Part shown: in pieces, positions 48,042 through 60,909 of the stretch
Layout: the number at the start of each line of letters is the position of its first letter
Position numbering within the stretch: the first letter of the stretch is position 1
Assembly: GCF_963921235.1 (NCBI RefSeq)
Contig: NC_086108.1
Span: 9,238,001-9,302,000 of the forward strand
Source of the DNA: Mobula hypostoma
Taxonomy: Eukaryota
DNA length: 64,000 bases
Direction: 5' to 3'
Made by a program: the position numbers and the translations under genes
Notes under the pieces: generated by a model
What the model was told of the DNA's origin: nothing
What the model saw: the letters and a program-made list of their open reading frames with translations, nothing else
Database searches by the model: none

Positions 48042-51000
48042 TGTAACGCGCTATAAGGTTTCACCGCTAATGTAATGGCCTCTCTGTAATGTTTCGGTCC
48101 TAAGGTAATGGTTTCTCTGTAGCAGCAATGTTTGGGTTATGACTAGCAATAATGGGGCTTTGGAATGTGTGCTATCCAATGAGAGGGATGTTGTTCTTTC
48201 TTGTGGGTCTGGGAGTAGGGATTTCACGGTCTTTTGTCGGGGAAAGATGAGGAGGGAAGACGTGAATGGAGAGAGTTGGTAGACCGTTGGACGGAATGGG
48301 GATCTGAGGGTCAGCTATGCTTGGAGGAGGTTGATGGGAAACAAATGAATGGAACCGTGAGCTCCAATGTTGCGCATTAGACTGTTTCATGAGAATGGGC
48401 CCTTTTTTTTGTTTCTTTACTAACCATATAGTCAAATTAAGAATTATAAAACTCAATGTTTAATCGCATATTGTGTACTGTTTTTTATTTCGTGGTACTG
48501 ATTTGTAATGGGACACATCATGCAGCATCCACCCAAACAAGATTTCTTAAGTTTGTCGGGGCCGGAGGCTATCTTCCCCTAGATTAGGCCGCTAGCCGAA
48601 CGGAGAGTTACAATTGTGGGGGCTCGTCCGGGATTGATTTCATTGTGTGATTACCCTGAGCGTTGAACTAGTGGGGCAGATATTCGTACTCCGGATGAAT
48701 TGTTAATTCGCCTTTTAAGTACTGTTAAAGTTGTGATTGCTGGGCGGAAGTTTGATAAAATGGTGGGCACAGCTCTTGTTTTAATGCAGACCAGCACAGA
48801 CGTAGCAGTAGCTGGGGGCGGAGATTTCAAAGACAGCGTTTTGTTGTTTCTGAGGAGTGAGAGGAAGGAGTGGTCAGATTTGGAATATCTGATTAGTCCA
48901 CGTCCCCCAGTGAAGAATGAGAATTTTGAGTTAGTATCCGCCCTTACCTCCCTGGCGAATAAATGGAAAAATGCCCAGGTTCAAAGTCCCAGCTATAGTA
49001 AGCTCTGCCTACTCTCTGGAGTAATGCCCACCCCTAAAGGGGAAGAGGAGTATGAGGCTTGAGTGGAGCAGACCTCTCAGTCGTCAGATGAGTGGCAGTC
49101 CTCTGATGATGTAAAGCGACAGAGATTGGTTGAGAGTTTGAGTGGGCGGGCCGCTGATGTTGTGAGAGCTGTCAGGTTGCGATATCCCGTAGCGACAGCT
49201 GTCAATTACATGCAAGCACTGGACAGTGCTTTTGACCCGACAGGAAGCCCAATGGGGCTCATGGTGGGGTTTCAGAACATGCGTCAGGAGAAGGGGGAGA
49301 AGCTTTCTGCTTATATTTTTCTGCTGGAGACATAGCTAAGTTGCTTGTGGTGCAGAGGGGTCATTCAGGCAGCTGTTGTGGATCAGTTAAGAATGGACCT
49401 GATAGCCAGGGGCACCCAGACCCAAGACCCGATTGCTTGGGGTCTCCGACAGTCTAGTAAGATCTTTTGTTGAGATGGGTATGGGAAGAGAGAATGTATC
49501 AGAGGCGCAGGAGGTCCTCAGTAGTGGTCCCCTCGGTGAAGTGACCACAGATAGCCTACCAGTGGAGTGGTAGGCAAGATTGTGGTAGAATTGAGAACGG
49601 AGATGTCTCGGCTGTTATCAGCAGGTGTGACCCCCTCATATGATGGAGCTGATGGTGGGGAGCAGATTCCCTAAAGGGACGAACAGCGTGAAGGGCTGCT
49701 GGCAGCAGGTGTCACACCAGAAGGAGAGTGAGCCCCCAGGTACCTAAGCAGACAGAAATCTTAGAGGAGACCCAGTGAGGGAACGGCTTGGTGTCTCTGG
49801 GGGAACACATTCCCAGCAATATGCCAAGGAACCCCCGAAAGTGAAAGCCCAATTCATGAAGACTTGGTGGGACCATGCTCAGTGTGTCACTATGGATAGA
49901 GGGTACTTATGCTAAAGCCATACTCAACACTGGGATGCAGGCTATGTTGTTGTACCATTTATTTTACAACCTGTATCTGAAGCATTTACCATTGACCCCA
50001 TTCAGGGCACTGGAGATCTAGGGGCTTAGTGTTAGTGATTATCTGTACGACGGTTCTTTGTCAATGAAGTTGGAGTTCTCGGATGCCGATGTGGGAGTGT
50101 CTGAGGTCCTTAATACATTAGTTTTGGTTTGTCCGGACCCCACTGAGAAGGGTGGCGTTTCAATTCTGGTGGGGACCAACACCCCTCTTGTGAGGAGGCT
50201 CATGGGGACCTGCAAGGAGAAGGCTGGCGAGAGCTTTCTGGGAACATTGTCCGTGCACCTGGTGTTTCTAACTGTTAAGGAAGTGTGTGGCTGCATTGGG
50301 CCAGATTCCAAATTTAGACAATGGACTGTGTGGTTCACCCAGTTGAAGCCAATGGTGGCATGGCCCTAGGAAGTTGCAAGAGTGATGGGGATCCCCAAAT
50401 TTCCTGGAGTGCCTGAGGGTGAGGCCCTCTTAGTGGACACTCTGGAAGACCACGAGGGGAAATTGGGATTTCCTACTGGGGTACTGGTGAGGCTGGAATA
50501 TCAGAAGCCTCTGTTGTACAGGCGAGCAGGATGACAGTGATTGTCAGGAACACCCCAGAGAGGGAAGTTACCTTCAAGCAGGGGATGCCCCTGGTGCATT
50601 TGTTCCCAGTGATGGTAATGTCTACTGTCTCTGTGAGACAAGCTGGGGAGAAAGGGGAAAAGTTGACCGCTGAGTCATTCAACTTTGGGGACTCCCCGGT
50701 TCCTGCAGTTTGGAAGAGGCGGTTGATAGAGAAGATGTTGAAGCTGGAAGGTATCTGTTCCACTGACAAGTTTGATGTGGGATCATCACTGAGTCCTGAA
50801 GCCCCTGTGCACCTCCAAAGAATGGGAAGGTATGGATGTGTGTGAACTATAGGACTCTGAACAGACGCACTGTCCCTGACCAGTATATGGTCCCGAGGAT
50901 TGAAGATGCGCTGGCCTGCCTGAGTTGTGCAAGGTGGTTCAGTGTGCTGGACTTGAGGAGTGGATACTACCAGATCCCCATGAGTGAGGCCGACAAAGAG

Positions 51001-54000
51001 AAGACGGCATTTATATGTCCCCTGGGATTTTTCCAGTTCGAAAGGATGCCCCAGGGTATATCGGGAGCCCCTGCAACCTTCCAGCGGGTCATGGAGGTCA
51101 TGGAAAAGACGGTGGGGGATATGAACTTGCTTATTGGTGTATCTGGATGACTCATAGTGTTTGGATCTACTTTGGAAGAACATGAAGTGAGGCTTCTGAA
51201 GGTGCTGGGCTGCCTGAAAGCTGCAGAGTTAAAACTTCCCCTGGACAAGTGCCAGTTCTGCCAAATGCCTGTTAACAATGTTGGACACATAGTCTAATGG
51301 GATGGAGTAGCTACTGATCCAGCTAAGATAGAGGCAGTGACCACTTAGCCAAAACCCCAGACTGTGAGCACTCTGCGCTCGTTCCTCAGGTTCTGTGGTT
51401 GCTATTGGAGGTTCGTGAAAGCCTATGCGAAAGTGAGTCACTCGTTGAATCAGCTTCTGTCTGGTTACCCTCCCTTGGGAAAGAAAGGATGGGGGGAGAA
51501 AGGACAGGAAGGTGGAGAGTATCTTAGCCTGTTGGAATCCTTTGTACCAGGGTGGGATGCAAAATGTGAGGAGTCCTTTCAGTCGCTGAAGGAGCTGCTA
51601 ACCCAGGCACAGGTGCTGGCTTTTGCGGATCTCCAATTACAGATGCCAGCCGAGGGGGCTTAGGGGTTGTCTTGTATCAGGATCAGGGCACCAGGTTGAA
51701 ATCTGTTGCGTCTGTCGCCCTCCGAAAAAACTATCTCACGCACAAGTTAGAATTTCTGGCATTGAAATGGTCGGTGGTGGATAAGCTGAGTGACTACCTC
51801 TATGGGGCCAAGTTTGAGGTGAGGACGGACAACGACCCCCTAATTTATATCCTGACCTTGACGAAACTGGATGCCATAGGCCATCAGTCATTGTCTGCCT
51901 ATGATTTCAGCCTGAAGTACCGGCCGGGAAGCAGGAACACTGATGCTGATGCTTTGTCCCGACGGGCACATGACGACTGGATAGGGACGAGGAGTGGGAG
52001 AGCATTCCTGCCCCGTGGGTGAAGGCCACTTGTCAGTTCACCATCACCGTGAAGGCAGAGGAAAAGGAGGGACAGGATCGAGCAGTGGATCAATTGGGAG
52101 CTTCTGATGACGCCATTCCCTAAGTTTACTGTAACCTGATTGCTCTGAAGATAAATCAGCTGCTGGAATTGAGTTCTGAAGAAGTGGCAGCTGCTCAGCG
52201 AGATGACCCAGGCATTGGTACTGTTTGGTCAGCGGTTGAAAAGGGAGATATGGCTCAGGCAGAGAAGACAAAACATGTGGCGGTGCCTCCATTACTGAGA
52301 GAATGGCCTTGGTTGGAGTTGCGGAACCAGATCTTATACCAGGTCACATCACCACGGACCGATCTTGGTGTTGCCGGCTGGTTCTGCCGGAGAAGTATTG
52401 GAAGATTGCATTGAAGTCACTTCATGATAACTCTGTACACTTGGGCTCAAAAAGACCTATGGACTGCTCAGAGACTGACTTTACTGGCCTCTAATGAAGT
52501 CGGAGGTCGAAGAATACTGCAAGTTGTGCATTCGACGCATACGGTGGAAGATGCTGTTGACAGGGGCAACACCCTTGTCCCACTTGCAGAATGCGGGGCT
52601 TCTGGACCTGGTGTGTATGGCTTTCCAGTCAATAGAACCGGATGCCAGCAACATGGCAAATGTCTTAGTCATCATTGACCGCTACACCAGATTCACACAG
52701 GCTTTTCCTACCAAGGACCAGAGGGTGTCCACGGTGGCTAAGTGTTATGGGAGAAGTGTTTTGTTTATTATGGCCTTCCCAGCCAGATACATAATGATCA
52801 GGAATGGGATTTCGAGAGCAGACTCATCCATGAGTTACTGGGCATGCTTGGAGTCGAGAAGTTGAGGACCACACCCTACCCAGCCCAAGAGGTTTAATCG
52901 GACCTTGTTAGACATGCTCGGAACCTTGGAGATCAGCAAGAAGAGCAGGTGGAGTCAACATATTAGACATCTGGTCCACAGTTACAACTGTACCCAAAAT
53001 GGAGCTACTGGGTACTCGCCATACTATCTGATGTTTGGGTGTGAGGCGTGATTACCCATTGACCTTTGTTTTGGGACTGACGAGGGCGACTTACCACCGA
53101 AGACTTATCCGAAGTATGTGTCTGACATGAGGAGAGAGCTAAAGAGGGCTTATGAATTAGCTGGGGTCGCGGCTGCCAAGCAGAATCAAGGAAATAGGAG
53201 GTATGATCAAAAGGTGAGGTTCTCCCAACTCCTGTCGGGAGACTGGATCCTCATAAGGACTTTGGGGCTACCTGGGAAACATAAGTTGGCGGCCCACTGA
53301 GCAGCTAAACTCTATGTGGTGGAGAGTCAGATGCCAAACCTACCAGTTTTCTGGGTGAAACCAGAGGATGGGAATGGGCCTGTCAAGATTCTCTATTGGA
53401 ACCACCTGATGCCCCTGGGACATTACCTAGAGCCCTACTAGGAATCTACACCTAGTAAGAGAACTCTGTGGGTATGTGGAGCGACTGCAGGGCCCACAGC
53501 CGGAGAGTTTAGGCTGGCCCTCACCCCTGAGAGGGATACTGATTCGAAGGATGAGGGCCTGGATATGTGGTATATGCTGCCTTTTGCTTACTCCCCATTG
53601 ATTGAGGAAGAGACTTCCAGCCCTTCTTTCGCTGAGTCAGGTGAAGCGTGCGGGGGTGGGGGGCTATCCGTGGACAGCCTGGGTTGCATTGGGACCCTGC
53701 AAGGGATGAAGCAGGGCTTGGCCATAGGACAGAGGGATCTGAGTTGCAGGCGGGCACGAGTGATAGGTCGGGGGAGGCCTTGCCAGGTAGACCGGAAGTA
53801 TCTCCAGTAGTGTTTGAACCTGAAGAGTTAGGTGAGGGGGTACGGAGGTCTCAGAGAATTGGGAGACCACCATCTAGGCTGGCCTACGTAGCACCAGGGG
53901 AACAGAGTGTGACCCGTACCATTTTGGGGAGCTATGTCATTGCCTTTTACACCTGAATTGGGCTTTGTGTTTTGCAGGAAGGGTTGGCAAATTATCTCAA

Positions 54001-54578
54001 CATCATGAGGACATGACTAAATTTGGTGGGGGGAGAGGTTTCACTGCTAATGTAATAGCCTCTCTGTAATGTTTCACTGCTAACGTAACGGTTTCTCTGT
54101 AGCAGCAATGTTTAGGTTATGACTAAAGATAACGGGCTTTGGAATATTTGCTATCCAATGAGAGAGATGTTGTTCTTTCTTGTGGGTCTGGGAGCAGGGA
54201 TTTTGCGGTCTTTTGTTGGGGAAAGATGAGAGAAGACGCGAATGGAGAGAGTTGGTAGACCGCTGGACTGGGAGCAAGGGTTTGAGGAGGAGGTCGATGG
54301 GGAACAAATGGACGACACTGTGAGCTCCAACGTTGCGCAATAGACTGTTTCATGAGAATGGGCCCTTTTTTTTGTTTCTTTACTAACCATATAGTCAAAT
54401 TAAGAATTATAAATCTCAATCGTTTAATCGCATATTGTGTGCTGTTTGTTATTTCATAGTACTGATTTGTAACAGGGGATACATCATGCAGCATCCACCC
54501 AAACAAGATTTCTTAAGTTTGGCTGGGCTGGAGGCTGTCTTCCCCTAGATTAAGCCGCTAGCCGAACCGAGAATTTCA
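48042..54578 (+). mobile_element. Gypsy/Ty3 LTR retrotransposon provirus, decayed (LTRs 48042-48612 and about 54036-54578)
   Basis: TG...CA termini, TSD TACC/TACG, PBS at 48617-48634 and PPT at about 54024-54037. PNMA-like gag (GVMPTPKGEEEYEA, KRQRLVESLSGRA), RT ([24 protein letters not shown]), RNase H (HKLEFLALKW, TDNDPL) and integrase; many stops and frameshifts. Confidence 0.95.
48617..48634 (+). other. Primer-binding site complementary to the tRNA-Pro 3' end
   Basis: TGGGGGCTCGTCCGGGAT, 4 nt downstream of the 5' LTR. Confidence 0.9.
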
Positions 54579-55868
54579 TACGGATTTAAGATGGTGCTAG
54601 TTAATCTCAGCGATTTCTGGCTGGTGGCTAATGAAACAATGAAGACAACTACTGTTCATACTTTGCTAATCACTCTTTTTCTGTCAAATGATCATCACAA
54701 GCAGTAGTCTGTAACTTCCCTTTAAACTTGGAGGTAATTTGATGTGCGGAACCGAGGCGAGGCAGCAGGCCCATCACCGAGAGTGCAGAAGACCCAAGGT
54801 TTGATCAATTTTAGCATGGGATAAGGACCGTACTTTTTCATAATTGCACTTACTAATTGGGCCCAGGACGGGTCCTCTGAAATGATAACACTGAAGAATT
54901 TAAAATTGCTGATCCTCTTCACCTCCGATTTCCCCTGATAAGGACTGATCAAATGTTACTGTAAAATTCTATGTCAGGCAGTCTGTAATCCAGAGTATGC
55001 TTGACTAGCTGAATTTGTAAGAAAACCAATCAGAAGCTTCTTCTTGTTTTGTAGTTTGACCTTGAGATTTGGTTAGAGATGAGCTTTTTTTGTCACATGT
55101 ACATTGAAACATGCAATGATCTGCATCGTTGTGTCAAATCAGATCAGTGAGGACTGTACTGGGAGCAGCCAGCAAGTGTCGCCACACTTCTGGCGCTAAC
55201 ATAGAATGGCCACAACTCTCAAACCCTAACCCTTACTAACCTGTATGAAACCGGAGCACCTAAAGGAAACCCATGTGGTCAGGAGAGAGCGTACAGACTC
55301 CTTACAGGCTGCAGCAGGAATCGAACCCCAGTTGGTATCAGTGGTTTGTCAGGTAATCACACTGACTCTTACACCACCCTGGCAGCCTACCAGAATGAGA
55401 AATCTTCTCAACTTTTAGAATCCAGAGCGACACGATAGACCTTTGTCTTTTCTCTGATAAACTTTCAAAAGTAAATACACTGTATGAGCATGTACTAATT
55501 TCTTTGCAGAAAAACTAAAATTAGATACAATTTAGATACATCCCTAACATAATAAATAATCCAGAGAGAGATGAGGATTCAGAATCAATGGCTCAACCTA
55601 ACATCAGAGAATGTTTTCAATATATAACCTTGTATACAATGTACAGTTCTTACTCTTCATAGAAATCCACGAAACAGAAAATCAACCCAAAGAAAAATGA
55701 CAGAAAAACATTAGAACCCTAGAACCCTCCCCTCCCCCTCCCATGCACAAGCAGCAGCAAAAGAATCGGCCCTCCCCTTCCCCTGACCCCACCACTTGCT
55801 CCAGCAAAAACACTGACAACCTCCCCCCATGCAAGCAATAGCAAAGCCCCCAAAGAGACCATGATCTA

Positions 55869-57460
55869 CAAACCCCATTTCCAGAAAAGTTGGGATATTT
55901 TCCAAAATGCAATAAAAACAAAAATCTGTGATATGTTAATTCACGTGAACCTTTATTTAACTGACAAAAGTACAAAGAAAAGATTTTCAATAGTTTTACT
56001 GACCAACTTAATTGTATTTTGTAAATATACACAAATTTAGAATTTGATGGCTGCAACACACTCAACAAAAGTTGGGACATAGTTAAAATAGGATTGAAAA
56101 GTGCACAGAATATTCGAGTAACACCGGTCTGGAAGACTCCACATTAAGCAGGCTAATTGGTAGCAGGTGAGGTATCATGACTGGGTATAAAAGTAGCGTC
56201 CATCAAAGGCTCAGTCTTTGCAAGCAAGGATGGGTCGTGGCTCACCCCTTTGTGCCAAATTTCGTGAGAGAATTGTTAGTCAGTTCAAAAGGAACATTTC
56301 TCAACGCAAGATTGCAGAGAATTTAGGTCTTTCAACATCAACATTATATAATATTGTGAAAAGATTCAGAAAATTCAGAGACATCTCAGTGCGTAAAGGG
56401 CAAGGTCGGAAACCACTGTTGAATGCGCGTGATCTTCAAGCCCTCAGGCGGCATGGCCTAAGAAACCATCATGCTACTGTGACAATTATAGCCACCTGGG
56501 CTCGGGAATACTTTGGAAAACCATTGTCACTCAACACAGTCCATCGCTGCATCCAGAAATGCAACTTGAAACTGTATTACGCAAGGAGGAAGCCATACAT
56601 CAACTCTATGCAGAAACGCCGGCGAGTTCTCTGGGCCCGAGCTCATCTCAGATGGACCGAAAGACTGTGGAACCGTGTGCTGTGGTCAGATGATTCCACA
56701 TTTCAGCTAGTTTTCGGAAAAAACGGGTGTCGAGTTCTCCGTGCCAAAGATGAAAACGACCATCCAGATTGTTATCAGTGAAAGATGCAAAAGCCAGCAT
56801 CTGTGATGGTATGGGGGTGCATCAGTGCCCACGGCATGGGTGAGTTGCATGTATGTGAAGGTACCATTGACTCTGAGGCGTATATTAGGATTTTAGAGAG
56901 ACATATGTGGCCATCAAGGCGACGTCTCTTCCCGGGACGTCTATGCTTATTTCAGCAGGACAATGCCAGACCACATTCTGCACGGGCTGCAACAGCATGG
57001 CTTTGTAGACACAGAGTGCGTGTGCTTGACTGGCCTGCTGCCAGTCCAGATCTACCTTCTATTGAAAATGTATGGCGCATCATGAAGAGGAGAATCAGAC
57101 AACGGAGACCACGGACTGTTGAGCAGCTGAAGTCTTATATCAAGCAAGAATGAACAAAATTTCCAATTGCAAATCTACTACAATTATTATCCTCAGTTCC
57201 AAAACGATTAAAAAGTGTTATTAAAAGGAAAGGTGATGTAACACAATGGTAAACATGCCTCTGTCCCAACTTTTGTTGAGTGTGTTGCAGCCATCAAATT
57301 CTAAATTTGTGTATGTTTACAAAATACAATTAAGTTGGTCAGTAATCTTTTCTTTGTACTTTTGTCAGTTAAATAAAGGTTCACGTGAATTAACGTATCA
57401 CAGATTTGTGTTTTTATTGCATTTTGGAAAATATCCCAACTTTTCTGGAAATGGGGTTTG
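55869..57460 (+). mobile_element. Tc1-family DD34E DNA transposon, 1592 bp, IR/DR-type TIRs of about 210 bp
   Basis: TA TSD at 55867-55868 and 57461-57462. TIR CAAACCCCATTTCCAGAAAAGTTGGG, with an inner AAAAGTTGGGAC direct repeat. Confidence 0.97.
56230..57252 (+). pseudogene. Tc1 transposase, 340 codons, two premature TGA stops and no frameshift
   Basis: MGRGSPLC..., GRK, WSDDS, VMVWGC, QQDNARPH and SPDLPSIE (34 residues between D and E). Stops at 56779-56781 and 57151-57153. Confidence 0.93.
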
Positions 57461-58887
57461 TAGAATCCATAAAAAACACTCTTCATCCCAACACTTCGAC
57501 ATCTCAGACAGGCTGTCTCACTAGTGAGGGGGAGAGAGTGAGATAACAGTCCTACAACAAATGAGAGCAGAAGACCAGCAGCTCGCTGTTTTTGATGTTA
57601 CAATCTTTGCGTCGCTTCGCTGAGCCTCCAATAAAACTCACCATCTTCTCTAGCTCCTACCACTTCTAATTTATTCTTACTGATTTACAGTAAATTTGTT
57701 GATTAGCAGCAGCAGTTAAATGCAAGACAAAAGCTTGCTGAAAATTATTCAAAAATAAATAAATATTGCCAAATAAAAATTCATAAGTTCATGGACCATT
57801 CAGAAACCTGATGGCGGAGGGGCAGAAGCTGTTTCTGAATTACTGATTGTGGGTCTGCAGGCTCCTGTACTATCTCCCTAATGGTTGTCACTAGAAGAAG
57901 GCATGTCCTGGATGGAGAGGGTTCTTGGTGATGTATACTGCTGTCTTGAGGCATTGCCTCTTGAAGATCCCCTTGACGGTGAGGGGCTTGCACCCACCAT
58001 GGAGCTGGCTGAGTCTCTACCCGCCTTTATAATTCAGCATGTACCATGAAAGAAATGTTCTCAGAGTACGGCATCTAGGTGATGCTTCTATTAATCCCTG
58101 CTAATAAAGGTGGGTGACGGGGTGGAGATACGTCTCTACCAAAGGAATTGTAAGGCGCTCATCCCTCCGCTTGGGCAAGATGGAGCATCTGCTTAGCCCC
58201 CTTCTCCATCCCCCCCCCCACCCCCCGGATCGGGTCACGTGAAGCCATGGGAGCAGGTGTTGGATGGTCGTATGAGCAGCTGGTTCATATCACAAGTCCT
58301 GGCTATGTGACCACCAATGCCAGGCAGACAATCTCTGAAGAATATTGACAATGGCTGGGGATCACCCAACTTGTAAAGGCAAACCACTTCTGTAGAAAAA
58401 TTTGCCAAGAACAATCATGGTCCTGGAGATCATGATCACCCACGTCATACGACACGGTACACGATGATGATGATGACTGATAAAGGACCGTACGGTAGCG
58501 TAGTAGTTATCATAATGCTTTGTAGCACCAGCAAATGGAAGTTCTTGACTCAATTCTCGCCGCTGTCTGTAATGACTTTGTATGTCCTCCCCGTGACCGT
58601 GTGGGTTTCCTCCCCTAGTCCAAAAAGACATACAGGTTAGTGTCAGTAAGTTATGGGTGTGCTGTGTTGAAGTGGGCAGCGCAGCAATACTTGCAGGGTG
58701 CCCTCAGCACATCGAAAATTCATGGCGCAGAATTATGCATTTCACGGTATGTTTTGAAGTACGTGTGACACATAAAGCTAATGTCTTTAATCCCTCGTTA
58801 GGAAACAGAAATGTTTGTTTGAATGAAATGTTAAAATTGAAATTTTCAGTTTGAGTAACAACTTATTTTCTCTGCTTTGTTATCAAG

Positions 58888-59015
58888 GAGTGCAGCCAGT
58901 GTGGGAAGTCATTCAGCAGCGCTAGTGCCCTGAGCAAACACTATCTGACGCATAGTCACGAACGCCGGCATATCTGCAGCATCTGCAGTAAAGCCTTTAA
59001 GAGACAAGACCATTT
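58888..59015 (+). CDS. znf541: ZNF541 orthologue, third coding exon (C2H2 finger 1 and most of finger 2)
   Basis: Acceptor TTGTTATCAAG and donor TT|GTATGT. Encodes ECSQCGKSFSSASALSKHYLTHSHERRHICSICSKAFKRQDH(L), matching recalled ZNF541 CSLCGKVFSSASSLSKHYLTHSQERKHVCKICSKAFKRQDHL. Confidence 0.92.
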
Positions 59016-59206
59016 GTATGTGAACATTGCTTAATTTAGGAATTCAAGTTAGTTCTAAGCAAAATACACATTCTGTATCTGCACTGAATGACACTAAATA
59101 CACATTTTCATTCTTCCTGCATCAGCTGAAGTTATCCCTATAGGATGTATTTTAACTTTGATGTTTGAGACATTAGTCATGTTATCCTGTGAGAGAAGCA
59201 GTGTTT

Positions 59207-59425
59207 GCACCAGCACATGCGCGTACACACATGTGCTCATAAACACGCACACTCAGATATGCACACACATACACATAAACATACATGTGCACGCAGACAT
59301 GCACACACATACACACAAACCCACACGCAAACACTTGCATGTACACACACACTCACACATACACATAAACACATGCACATACATATGCACGCACACAACC
59401 ACCCATGCACACACACGCACACACA
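59207..59425. repeat. Degenerate (CA)n-rich low-complexity tract
   Basis: Alternating CA/TA/CG runs, which produce spurious HT/VC-rich ORFs. Confidence 0.9.
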
Positions 59426-59734
59426 AGCAAAGTTCCAAAAAGATCTAAGATAGCAGGACCTGACAGGTACATGGAAGATAGAAAAATGGAGAGAGATGTG
59501 GGAGGGAAGGGTTAGATTGATCTTAGAGTAAGTTATAAGGTCAGCACAGTATTGTGGATCGAAAGACCTGCACTGTGCTAAACTGCTCTATGTTCTATAT
59601 TTTGTGCATCTTTAGAAGAACGGGAGATGATCTTGTTAAAATGTACAACCTTCCCCTCACAGGGCTCAACAGGAAAGGTGTGGATTTGAACATACATTAT
59701 AAACAGGAGTAGATCACTTGGTCCCTCAGTCTTA

Positions 59735-60250
59735 TTAAGACCACAAGATATAGGAGCAGAATTAGGCCATTTGGCCCATCGAGTCTGCTCTGTCATACCA
59801 TCATGGCTGATTTATTATCCCTTTCAACCCTATTTCTCTGCCTTCTCCTCATAACCTTAGACACTCTGATTAATCAAGGACTTATTGACCTCCGCTTTAA
59901 ATATACCCAATGATTTGGCCTCCACAGCTGTCTGTTGCAATGAATTCCATGGATTCACCATGCTCTGACGAAATAAATTTCTTCTCACCTCTGTTCTAAA
60001 GGGGTGTCCTTGTATTTTGAGGCTGTGCCCTCTGGTCTTAGATATTCTCATAATAGAAAACATCTTCTATTTATCCATTCTGTTTAGACCTTTCAACATT
60101 CGATAGGTTTCAGTGAGATCTGCCCTCATTCTTCTAAACTGCAGGGAGTAAAGGCCTGGAGCTATCAAACGCAAATCATATGTTAACTCTTTCATTCCTG
60201 TAATTATTCTCGTGACCCCCTCTGGACCTTCTCCAATGCCAACACATCTT
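59735..60250 (-). mobile_element. CR1 3' fragment
   Basis: TRGHSLKIQGHPFRTEVRRN and GLYSLQFRRMRADL peptides; AAGACCACAAGATATAGGAGCAG tail. Confidence 0.85.
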
Positions 60251-60888
60251 ATTCCACTATTGATTAACATAATGGCTCATATGACTGTAGCCTACGCTCT
60301 GCATTAGTTTACCAGTGGTAACCTTTCACTTCTTTCCTTCCAAGAACCCATCTGCCACTGGGGAAGAGTTCCAAAGCCTGGCATTTCCCTTAGAGAAAAT
60401 CTGAAACTCAGCTCTGTGAAATAGACAACTTGTTAATTTTAAACAATGACACCTTGTTCTGATTCTCTCCTAAGAGGAATCACCAACTTGTTAAGACTAC
60501 TTAGTATCTGGTAGAGTCGCCCATGCCAAACAGGTCAAAGGATAGAGGGGATATTAAGAGTTGTCCACTGGTTCGGGTGTTCAGCTCAAGGCTAACAACC
60601 CTGACTGGTAAAACAAAGCTGTTCCGGAAACAGCAGTGAAGAATCCTTCTACATCTGAGTGTGACGGTATTCCCGAGTCTCCACCCAGGACTTGTATGGC
60701 TGACAGTAGTGAAAACCGAGAGGAAGCTACTGACATGATGAAGGAAGCCCTGAACACTGCCAGAGATAGAGGACCTTCATTGTTGCGCTAAACGCCAGTG
60801 GTGTAACAGGCACAACAGAGAGAGAGAGTGAGTGACTCCTGTGCTTGGGATCACATTATGAAAATACAGTTAATATATTTTATTTATT

Positions 60889-60909
60889 TGTGTGTGTGTG
60901 TGTGTGTGT
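60889..60909. repeat. (TG)n microsatellite
   Basis: About 10 TG units. Confidence 0.9.

Noticed and set aside
47887..48075. ORF-track 62-aa ORF over the linker exon
   Set aside because: Different frame from the splice-compatible exon, and it runs into the LTR.
48700..49335. Domesticated PNMA-like gene
   Set aside because: In-frame stops, and it lies within a complete LTR-bounded provirus.
58888..59015. TRERF1 or a generic zinc-finger gene
   Set aside because: The finger sequence and the upstream N-terminal exon both match ZNF541 as recalled; a database check is still advisable.
59158..59453. His/Thr-rich and Cys/Val-rich ORFs
   Set aside because: Translation artefacts of a degenerate CA repeat.
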